In this document: positions 12,001-22,146 of the stretch, one piece after another
Layout: each line of letters starts with the position of its first letter
Numbering within the stretch: the first letter of the stretch is position 1
From: Mobula hypostoma
Lineage: Eukaryota
Assembly (NCBI RefSeq): GCF_963921235.1
Contig: NC_086118.1
Span: forward strand, 31,124,001-31,188,000
Direction of reading: 5' to 3'
Length of the DNA stretch: 64,000 nt
Program-made: the position numbers and the translations under genes
The notes under the pieces: generated by a model
Told to the model about the DNA's origin: nothing
Databases searched by the model: none
The model's input: only the letters and a program-made list of their open reading frames with translations

Positions 12001-13880
12001 GAGCTTCTTGTGATTAAGTTAGCTTTGGCAGAATAGTGCCACTGGCTGGAGGGGGCCAAGAATCCTTTTATTATTTGGACTGATCATAATGACCTGGCCT
12101 ATATCCAGGAGGCCATGAGGCTGAATTCCAGGCAGGCCAAGTTTTTTAGCCTCTTTAACTTCATCCTGACCTAGCGACCAGGATCTAAGGACCAGAAGCC
12201 CGATGCCCTGTCCTGCCAGTTTGATGAACCAGAATGAAAGGAGCAGCCTACCACCATTTTGCCCCAGGCCAGGGTGGTAGTGCCAATTTGTTGGGGAATC
12301 AACGTTCTTGTTCACAAAGCCCAAGCTCAAGGGGAGATTCCTGAGAACGGTCTTTCGGGTCGGCTGTTCGTCCCTCGTTCTTTCCGGTCCTAGGTACTGC
12401 AGTGGGGACATTCGTCAAGAATGACCACACACCCAGGAATTGCCAGCCTCGAGTTTATCAAGAGGAGGCCCAGAAAGATGAGAGAAGTTCAGCAGTACAT
12501 GCAGTGGTGTGAGGTGTACACCTGGAACAAGGAGCCCCATACCTGACCCCAAGGGCTCCTCCACCCTTTACCCATCCTGAAAAGACCTTGGGCACACATC
12601 TTCATGGACTTTGTCACGGGTCTCCCACTATCCAAGGGGAAGTCGGTCATCGCGGTGGTTGTCGACTGACTGTTCAGCCAAGGTTGTTCCGGACCAGGTC
12701 TTCAGGGTCCGAAGATTCCCAGTGGACATTGTGTCAGATTGTGATCCACAATTGTCGGCACATTTCTGGTTGGCTTTCTGTAAATTGACAGGGGCAACAG
12801 CAAACCTTTCCTCTGGGTTTCACCCGCAGTCCAACAGCCAGACAGAGCAGACCAACCAAGATTTAAAACACACCCTGAGATGCCTGACCTTGGAGAGACC
12901 TGATGAGTGTTGTGACCATTTGATGTGGGCAGAGATCTCCTACAACAGCTGAGAACACTCGGCGCATGGGATGTCGCCCTTCGAGTGCCAGTCTGGTCAT
13001 CCTTCACCTCTCTTTCCAGGACAAGAAGCTGAGGTTGGGGTCCCTGTGGCAGGAGATCTTGTCCAATGCTGCAAGGAGAAATGGATGAGGGCAAGAGAGA
13101 TTTTGCTGGCCTCTAGCCAGAGAGCAGAGACCAAGGCAAACCGAAGGAGAAGTCTGGGACCTGTGTTACAGCCTGGGAACTCATGATTTTCCTCTCCAAG
13201 TGGAATCTGGAAAGTCGGCACACAAGTTCATTGGTCCCTTTAAGATCCTGAGGAAAGTAAGCCTAAAGACTTACACCTTGCAGCTCCTCAAGATCCTAAA
13301 GATCAACCCCACCCTACATATCTTTAAATTAAAACCTGTCTGCACCAGCCCCTTAGCCCCCACCACCATCGGGCCACTGCCACCCAGGTTTATCAACAGT
13401 GTACTCGCATACTGTTCGAGGTGTACGGCAATACCTCATGGACTGGAAGGGATTCAGACCAGGGGAAAGGTGCTGGATGTTGGGAAGAGTCATCCTGGAT
13501 CCAACTCTCATCCATGATCACCAGCACCGTCTCTCCAAGCAACCAGGGCTGTCAGGAGATGGCCGTAGGGGAGAGGGTCCTGTTACACTCCCAACCACAC
13601 CAGCTTCCAAGGTTTAAATGCTCTAACTCTCTGGAGTACGGATAGCTGGCGCAGCCTCTTCAAGGGATTAGGACATTCCCGCTAATTGATAATCATGTTT
13701 TGGGCACCAAGAATTGAGTATCTAAGGTTCACCTGAACATAGTGCTCAATTGTAAGCCTACCAGTGATTTTGTCTAGCATTTGTTTTGTGCTCAGTTTCT
13801 CGATCCCATTTGAGACCATGTCTCAAACCCAGCCTTGGATACTCCAGCATTTGGTTCCAAGCAATCCTTGTCAAGGACTC
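9100..13880 (+). mobile_element. Degenerate Gypsy chromovirus (Sushi-like) LTR retrotransposon
   Basis: Gag CRGFLIQCSLLF...KVAFIISLLTGRALAWA; RT FGLANTP...LDD; RNase H VEVDAS; integrase DFVTGLP and SSGFHPQSNSQTE; chromodomain QYLMDWKGF...W. PPT AGGGGAGAGGG precedes TGTTACA at 13581 (3' LTR). Many stops and frameshifts. Boundaries approximate. Confidence 0.88.
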
Positions 13881-13884
13881 TTGT

Positions 13885-14465
13885 CACATGTACTGCTTAC
13901 ATTTGACGATACAGCATCTCGAAACTCATGGCTCTTGGGAAGAGTCATTGAAGTATTTCCAAATAGAAGAGGATCTGTGCGGCAGATGTGCATCAAGACC
14001 AGCACTAGCTGTCTAGACAGGACGATAACTAAGGCTTGTCTTCTCCAGGAGGCAAAGATTTGAGGAGCTACAGCTCTCAAAGCTTTATGATTCTGACTTG
14101 ACAGAGAGTGCTGGTAAGGATCATTCTGTTCCAGGCTAAGTGCTGATAACCTCTGGACTAGATGACTGTTACATGATTTGACTTTTAGAAGAAAGAAGAG
14201 AGAGGACATTTGCATTAATGTTGAGATGTTTACCCTTGAAGATTTCATGTCTCCTGTTTGTGTAATATGTACTGTAATCTCTACAGTGTAATAATTAGGG
14301 GCCAGGATGAAGAAGAATGTATCTATTTTCTGTCTGTCTGTATTGTACTTTGTGTTGTGCTTTTATTATGGGCTATGGTAATTTATCATGTCGGTTGGGG
14401 CATGGTAGAAGCAAATGAGTAAAGTTATGTATTCACACTTTATCGTAGTTAGCTCAGTTAGTTGT
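13885..14465 (+). mobile_element. BEL/Pao LTR retrotransposon 3' remnant
   Basis: DDTASRNSWLLGRVIEVFP..GSVRQ...KT....DR.ITK.CLL is the typical BEL/Pao pol C-terminus. A PPT-like AGGGGCCAGGA is followed by TG at 14308. Confidence 0.75.
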
Positions 14466-14471
14466 TAGTTA

Positions 14472-14620
14472 GACGCAGCCAGGGACACGGCATCAAAGAT
14501 TACGGGGAGAAGGCCGGGGAATGGGTTTGAAGAGGGGAAGAAAGGATCAGCCATGGTTGAATGGCGGAACAGACTCAATGGGCCAAATGGCCTAATTTGG
14601 CTCCTATGTTTTACGGTCTT
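14472..14620 (+). mobile_element. CR1-type LINE 3' tail fragment
   Basis: GATCAGCCATGGTTGAATGGCGG...ATGGGCCAAATGGCCTAAT...CTCCTATG tail, shared with other copies (e.g. 2316-2400, 16010-16100 and 40312-40390 on the - strand). Confidence 0.7.
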
Positions 14621-14689
14621 TTGGTAATGGATTTTTTTTTTGTTGATTGCTAATTTGAACACCAAATATTGAAAAGGATCTAGTGCTTT

Positions 14690-15320
14690 CCCGGCATATA
14701 TGACGAATAAACTCTTCTCGGACTTCCAGCCAAGTACAGGAATTGATTTTAATTGACGTTTCGATGACAAACTCTGCCATCTTCATCAGAGATAATGTCT
14801 GGGTATGTCTAGCCTGGTGGTAGATATACCCCCATCGTCCATCCCTCTGATCGGTTAGTCCTCATGCAATCAGGTTTCCACTGTCCCACCTAGTTTACAA
14901 TTGAACTCCAGTTGTTACTCAGAATGATTTACTTAGAGTTACCGGAGAATTCGGTGGCAGTAAAACACTGCATTCGCAATGGCCATAGGATTGACTTTGA
15001 CAGCACAAAACTACTGTGCCGTGCCAATGGCTTTTGGGACTGCCTGCTGAGGGAAGCCATTGAAATCAAACTGGGGAAAAGAATTTTAACAGAGACGAAA
15101 GTCTTGCTCTAAGTAATTCGATTGTAAACAAGGTGGGAGAGTGGAAACCTAATTGGATGAGGACTAACCAATCAGGAGGGGCGGATGATGGGGTATAAGT
15201 ACCACCGGACTATACATGCCCAGCCATCATCCCTGATGAAGATGGCAGAGTTTGTCATTGAAACATTGATTAAAATTGATACCTGTACCCGACTGGAAGC
15301 CCCAGAAGAGTTTATTTGAC
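14690..15320. mobile_element. Second Penelope-like family, inverted arms around a GIY-YIG C-terminal fragment
   Basis: SVAVKHCIRNGHRIDFDSTKLL...LLREAIEIK motif. Arms ~14705-14905 and ~15117-15319 are reverse complements. Confidence 0.82.
14755..14789 (-). ncRNA. Hammerhead ribozyme core motif (degenerate partner at 15233-15267, + strand)
   Basis: CUGAUGA-A-GAUGGCA-GAGUU-UGUCAUC-GAAAC-GUC with a 7-bp stem II. Stem I is poorly preserved. Confidence 0.6.
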
Positions 15321-16734
15321 TAACTACTCTTATTTCGCTAATTTTACTATATTTCTAATTTAGTTTTGTTAGACTTTTATAGCTATTTAAGATCCTCCAG
15401 CTTTGCTGGTTTCATAATAAAGGATTGAACATACTTCTTTTGACATGGAACTCAGTTATTTGGAAGCATGTCATACATTGTCAAATGCCTCGCTCATCCT
15501 GTCAGTGGTTTTGGTTTGTTTTAAAGTAACCACTACATTACTAAGAGCGATTATCTGACCATCATCACATTGCCATTTGTCAGACCTTACCGAGCATCAG
15601 CTGGCTGACTTGTTTCCTGTGTTGCAACAGTGAACCAACTCCTTAAATATTTCCATCAGCACAATTACAAAGCTCCTTTGAAAAGCATGGTATCCCAAAG
15701 TGCAAAAAAAAAGTATTATTTTTCAACTGTATGGTCTTGAAGTGAATCACAATTTCTGACTTTCATACAAGCAATACTGGGGAAAATAACATTGCTAAAA
15801 CAGATTCAGTGGTTTGATGAGAGATAACTATTAGACAGGACCTCCTGGAAAGTTCCCTTCACTGCTATGGATAATGCTCTGGAATCTATAGAATACATCG
15901 GAGAGAGCAGGTCAGGGCTTAATTTTACTTTTCATGCGGGAAAAAGGCAGCTTCAAAAAGCATCAGCCTGGATTGTGCCTCTGAAGTGGAACTCAGTAGT
16001 ATGACTATTAGACCATAAGGCATAGGAGCAAAATTAGACCACTCACCCATCGAACCTGCTTGCCATTCCCTCATGGCTGATTTATTATCCCTCTCAACCC
16101 CATTCACTTCTTCCTGTAACCTTTAACATCCTGTCTAATCAAGAACCTATCAACCTCCACTTTAAATATACTCCACAGCTGTACATGGCAATGAATTTCA
16201 CAGATTTAGCACACTCTGGCAAAAGAAATTCCTCCTAATCTCTGTTGTAGATGGATGCCTTAGGTTTTGTAACTTCAAATCATTAAATCAAAGTGCACAC
16301 ATATCAGCGTGATGACGTGTGCAATTAATGTATCCATACATATAACTCAAAATAATTACTTAAATGAACAAGAATGCTTAAACAACCAAGATAACTCAAA
16401 TACTACATAAATATTAAATGCACAACACTTGACCCTGCCCAGCTGTAAACTCCAACTCAATAGAGAATGCATCTCAATTATCTGCGTGGTATATTATACA
16501 ATGCAACTACTATATACAGATATCCACAGCAGAGTAAATTTTAAATTGCCCCAATCAGGCCATAAGATCTCATTGTTGTGGAGTCTTTCTTACTTTTGTG
16601 GGATAATGTGCTTGGTAGGTGAGACTTGTGGCTGTGAAAACAACCTCAGATTTGGGGTCTCCTCTGTGATGGTCGTAGGAGTTGATTCTAAGACGGTAGG
16701 AAGTGGTTCTGACAGCTCAGGACATTTTCTTCAC

Positions 16735-17545
16735 CTTTTTCTTTCTGAATCTACTTTGATCTCTTTGTGTTTCTTTCTCACATTCCTTCTCACTTTCATG
16801 CCTTACTCTTTCTCATTCACATTCCTTCTCTTCATCTCTTCCCTCCTTTTTCATAGTCATAGTCATAGTAGTCATAGTCATACCTTATTAATCCCGGGGG
16901 AAATTGCTTTTCGTTACAGTTGCACAATATATAATTGAATAGTAATAAAACCATAAATAATTAAATAGTAATATGTAAATTATGCCAGGAAATAAGTCCA
17001 GGACCAGCCTATTGGCTCAGGGTGTCTCCTTCAAGTTTACGCACCTTGGTCTTGGGAAGGTGCATTTAGTTTACTGGAGTATTCTCCTATTAATCTTTCT
17101 TTTGCTCCCTTTACAATCTGATCTCTCCTCTTCCTCATCCACGACATTGTCTGACGAATCCTCTGTTTTCGTATCTCCATTGGTTCCTTTCTTCTTGGCT
17201 TTCCACTCATACAGCTGGGCTTTGATCTTTGCATTTAACTTTACAAGCAGCTTTTTGTCTCCCACTTGAAGTTCATGCAATAACCTAAAAGCGGTCAGGG
17301 GAAATTCTGGTTCTTTATACTCACAAAAGCCGAATGTTTGCAACTTTCCTGAAGCTCCTTGAACTCTCTTCTGGATTAAAGCAAGCCATATTTTGCAAGT
17401 AACTGCCTGATTAACATATCAGAAACTTTCTCAGATACGTTGCCTATGAAAACTGTTGTAGTCAGATAACTTCTTTTATCACTTTCACTCTTCCCCTGAG
17501 CAACATGGTCCTTCCTTGATTCAATATGCTTTCCAACCAGAGGCC
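16735..17545 (-). pseudogene. RBM25: Processed RBM25 fragment (RRM plus start of the RE-rich region), frameshifted
   Basis: VGKHIESRKDH...TTTVFIGNVSEKVSDMLIRQLLAK / KRVQGASGKLQTFGFCEYKEPE...LLHELQVGDKKLLVKLNAK.KAQLYEWKAKKK / KRRDQIVKGAKERLIGEYSSKLNAPSQ matches RBM25. No introns; frameshifts near 17378 and 17135. Confidence 0.9.
16852..17026 (-). mobile_element. Short Rex1/Babar 3' tail inserted into the RBM25 fragment
   Basis: (CATAGT)n tail and ~150 bp nearly identical to 47750-47906. Confidence 0.88.
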
Positions 17546-19284
17546 TGTTTGTCCTCTGTTGTGCAATGGTTCATGGTTTTCGGCATGAAGACATTTGAGG
17601 CGTCATCCAGTACATTTCTCAGTTCAATTTCAGTTTGTTTCTTCATAGAGGGAATGGCATGAAAATGGTGGATGGATCTCCAATCAAGTTGTAGCTGTCT
17701 CAGCCAATCGTGCCCCCATACTGCTGGCCCTCCTGTTTTTACCACATATAAGCCCAGTGTGGTTTGTTGGTTATTGTATTTCACAGTTATGAATGCCATT
17801 CCCACTGGAGTTACCTTTTCTCCAGGATAAGCTTTTAGTTGGACATCTGCAGGCTTCAGTTTAGTAACTTTGAAATGTCACTGAAACTCAATAAGAGGAA
17901 TGATTGAAAAAGCTGAACCAGAGTCCAATTTCATTTTAATTAATCTGCTGTTCACTTCTAGTGTAAGCCATATCCCTAGTCTACTGCTAATATTCACACT
18001 GGAATTGTCAAGGCCACCCAATCCTGTATCACTCTCATCATTATCAGATTTTTCATCAACGGCGTGCAGATTAGTGCTCTTTTTGAAACCACAACTTGAC
18101 TTTTTAGTTTTTTCTCTTCCCTGAGAAGTCCATTTATTTTTGTCTGCTGACATGCTCTTTGTATGTGTCCTACATTGTTGAAATCTCTGGAAGTTTCTCA
18201 TTTAGATCTGCACTTGTTTTGTGTACCTGAGCTGCTGCCACAAAGGTAACACAATTTATTTGGCCAGGCTGGTTTCTGTTGAGATCCTGCAATTTTGTTC
18301 ACACTCCCTTTCATTCCTGACTGCAACTCAATTGCATCTCTGTGTGTGGTTTCCATTGAACCAGCAATTTCAACTGCTCTTTTGAATGTAGGTTGTGCTT
18401 CAGTTAGGAACTGTTTTTGAATGCTTTAAAATTCCACAAACTAAACGATCTCTCAGTACATCATTAATGACCATAACTGAACCAACAATGCTCTGACAAT
18501 CCCTTTAATTCAGCCAAGTATGCTGAAATGGGCTCCCCTTCCTTTTGATTCCATTTATGAAACCATTCTGCAATTAACAATGGCTTTGGTTCTCAGTGGT
18601 CCTGCATTACTTTGACAATATCAGGAAAGCTCATTTCTGATGGTTTGGTTGGAACAGTCAAACTTTGAAGCAAACCGTATGGCTTTGAAGCCAAACCCAA
18701 TGCACTCAGCAAAATTGGCACTCACTTCTCATTGCTATTTTGTTTGCTTCAAAATACTGTTCCAATAGCTCAGTATACATGAGTAAATTACCTGTTGTGT
18801 AATCAAGCTTGTCAATCGTTCTGATCTTTTTAATGATTATTATCACTCGGTACTCACTCTTTAGGAATCCTTTCTCTCTTTATGAACCTGTGAATTCTTC
18901 CACTTTCTGTCTTTTTCAATAGTCTTCATGCGCTGGTCTGTGCATTTTACTCAATAGTCCTCACTGTGTTTTTTAAATTTCAAACGTCTTGCTGTGCTTT
19001 AACAGGCCGATAGCCATCTTGTCCTCATTTTAAAAGTACCTCATTGCCAATGTTTGTATTTTGTGACTTCAAGATAGTAAACTAATTCAAAGGAAGACAC
19101 AAGAGTCAAAATGCGGGTCTAAATTTAAGTTTACTTTAAGCAAGGCATGCATATATCACATGGTAGCGTGAAAGTATATGCAATTATCATATCCAAGCAT
19201 ATAACTCGTAATGAATTATTTAAATGAACAAGAATGCTTAAAATAATATTATCAATATATTACTTAAATATTAAACACACAACA

Positions 19285-19825
19285 ATGTTCCTCGATTCTG
19301 AGACAGTGCCCTTTGGCCCATAATATCTAACTATAGGGAACATCCTCTCCACATCCACAGTATCTAGGTCTTTCAATATTTGATAGGTTTTAATGAGATC
19401 CCCGCCCATTCTTCTAAATTCCAGCAAGTATAGGCCCAGAGCCATCAAATATTCCTCAGATGTTAACCATTTCATTCCCAGAATATTTGAACCTCCTCTG
19501 GACCCTCTCCAATGCAAGCATATATTTTCTTCGAAAAGGGGCCCAAAGCTGCTCTGAATACTTCAAGTGCAGTGACCAATGCCTAATAAAGCATCAGATA
19601 TATATCCTTGCTCTTGTATTCTAGTCTTTTCAAAATGAATGCTAACATTGCATTTACCTTCCTTACGACCAATTGAACCTGCAAGTTAACCTTTAAAGAA
19701 TGCTGCACAAGAACTCCCAAGTCCCTTTGCACCTCTTATTTTTTAATTTTCACCCTATTTGGAAAAATAATCTATGTCTTTATTCCTTTTACCAAAGTAC
19801 ATGACCATACACTTTCCGTACTATC
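19285..19825 (-). mobile_element. CR1 LINE 3' fragment (continues at ~16010-16255)
   Basis: LGLYLLEFRRMGGDLIKTYQIL is the CR1 ORF2 C-terminal motif. Confidence 0.8.
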
Positions 19826-21361
19826 TGCAGACTACTTTGTCCAGAAGAGAAGTTTGCGAGACCTGTTAGCACTTCTTAATGAGCATTAGCTCAAGCAGAT
19901 CTCAGCACATGCAGCCCAACGACGGGAATGTACCACAGCCAGGTTCCACTTAAGCATGTGCCTCTCCCTCAGGCCCCCAGGTCAAAAATTTATCAGTACC
20001 CACTCACTTCCCCACCACCTGTAAGTTCATCACTCTCATCCAATTCTCCTTGCCTGCTGATCTAGTGTCTTAACTCAGACACTACTACGCTCCCCCCCCC
20101 CCCAATAACTGAGTGCACCAGATCATCTAATCTCCAACTTCCCAACAGTTTTTCTTCCAATGAATGAATCTCTGGTCTACTTCCCCCCCCCCCCCCCACA
20201 ACGGCTCAGCATGCAAAGGTCATTAATCATTCAGGATTATTCAACAGCTTGAGCCTGATGTTGCTTAACTTCCAAATGGAGGACCCTCACGGAAAACCTC
20301 TATTGTTTCATTGTGAACAAAAAACGATCCCAACAAGAATGATGTCATGGCCCGGCATGGCAAGATAACACTTCCGGAACCTGCTTCTCACAGAAATAAA
20401 ATTGTTTGCAGGAATAATATATAGCGATTTCCAAATAAATAACTCAAAAAGTAAGCCGTTTAAAATGATTATGCTGTCTTGGGATTTATAATATCTTGTA
20501 TTCAAATCACATTATTTAAATATTGGCATTAATCACATTTCATACTACAGAAGTACATGACTGCTTCTTCTTTGACATTCTGATGTTACAAAAAAGTTAT
20601 ACGATTCCGACAGTTCCAAAATAAGTCAATTATATTCATTGTTACATTTAATTGTTCATTCCTTTCCACCAGCAGAATGTCATGGTTGCCATGCTTTTCC
20701 ACTAGGGGGAGGTCATGTTGCATGGATGGAGATTTTCAGGCAAGAGCTTTTAAACAAAGGTTAATTATGTAAGGAAGAAAGATAATAATCTGGCTCTAAG
20801 GGATACAAGATACATAAAATAAATGGCACCTAGATTTCATTGGATCACAGGGATTCAGGGTAAAATGGAATGCAAATTCCTCATGAAAGTATATAGAAGT
20901 ATACCATGCAATACATCATCACCATGGAAACTGAAATAGCTAAAATTCTGCAGTTTCATTTTAATGTCTTTCAGTCCCAATTAAACCAAAGATAGAAATC
21001 AGAGTACAAACAGGACTGGGGGGGATGCAGGAAAAGGGAAAAATGAAGCATCTAGAGAGAAGACAGGAAATGATTTGTGTTTGAGTAACTTTCAAAACTT
21101 TAAATAAAGCGCACAGATAACGACAATAATAGAACCAGTCACTGGGAGGGACTAGGAAAAATGAAATCAAACCCAAGTAATACAATTTCCAAGGGGCAGC
21201 AAAAAATGACAATAAATATAAATCAGCCTTGCTGATATTCACAGTGTCTAGAATGCAAAGAGGACATTTCATTTGAAGTTCTGAAGAGTTACTTTTAAAT
21301 CAAAAATGCTAGCTCGCAGTGGAAGTGAGTATTTTGCTCGAGCAGAACAGCCCAGTTTTGG

Positions 21362-21790
21362 GTTGGATTAGATTCAACTTTATTGTCATTGTGCCGAGTA
21401 TAGATACAAAGCCAATGAAATGCATTTAGCATCTGACCAGAAATGCAAAGAATAGTGTTATTTACAAAATAACTGCAAATAAAAAAGGTGCTACAGCACA
21501 CAAATATTAAAAGTACTGAGACAGTACAATATGGATGCAATACTGCTTAGCACTGTGATGAGAGGTTCAGCAGTGTCACAGCCTCAGGGAAGAAGCTCTT
21601 CCTGTGCCTGCTGGTGTGGGAGTGGAGGCTCCTGTAGTACCTACCGGATGGGAGGAGAGTAAAAAGTCTATGGTTAGGGTGAGATGCATCCCTGATAATG
21701 CTTTTCACCCTGCCCAGGCAGCGTTTATGGTAGATGTTCTCTATGGTGGGCAATTGGGTGCCGATAATCCACTGGGCAGTTTTCACCAGT
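21362..21790 (-). mobile_element. Rex1/Babar 3' fragment
   Basis: TAQWIIGTQLP...D.SHP...LFTLLPSGR.YRS...SFFPEAV.LLN. Confidence 0.8.
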
Positions 21791-22146
21791 TTTATTGTTG
21801 TCTGTTGTAAAAGTCAGTATGAAATATCATCTCTCTGAGGGACTTCCCCCTTAAAGAAATCACGTCTGTAACCATATTCAGTCCAATTTACAAAGTTCTG
21901 ATGTTAAATGTTACACACAGATTTTTATCTTTTTTTAAAATCATGCTTACAGAAGTTACAGCTTAGGAATTAACTGGGAACAAATTGTCTTTCTCGTGTT
22001 TTCTGTACTTAACACATATAGTCTAAAATCATTGGCAGGTCTACGTCATCTAAAATGCTATTACTCTGAATAAACTAGTAAACATCCAATAACATTTTAA
22101 CTAAAATATTAATGTTGACATCAACTGGAGAAATTTCATATTAAGT

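Larger units (their letters stand above)
16257..19284 (-). mobile_element. Internally deleted Gypsy LTR element with both LTRs, carrying an RBM25 fragment
   Basis: LTRs at 19051-19284 and ~16257-16427 share TAAATGAACAAGAATGCTTAAA and a TGTTGTG start on the - strand. PBS-like TGGCAATGAGG follows the 5' LTR. Decayed gag, protease (LDSGSAFSII) and pol C-terminal tail are present. Flanked on both sides by one CR1 fragment. Confidence 0.85.

Noticed and set aside
9100-13600. Domesticated PEG10/RTL1-like gene
   Set aside because: Numerous stops and frameshifts in every domain, and the PPT and LTR are retained.
16429-17269. Hydrophobic + strand ORFs (169 aa and 95 aa) resembling membrane proteins
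   Set aside because: They are antisense translations of purine-rich RBM25/pol sequence.
17037-17343. A functional RBM25 gene or exon
   Set aside because: Frameshifted, intronless, partial, interrupted by a LINE tail and enclosed by LTRs.
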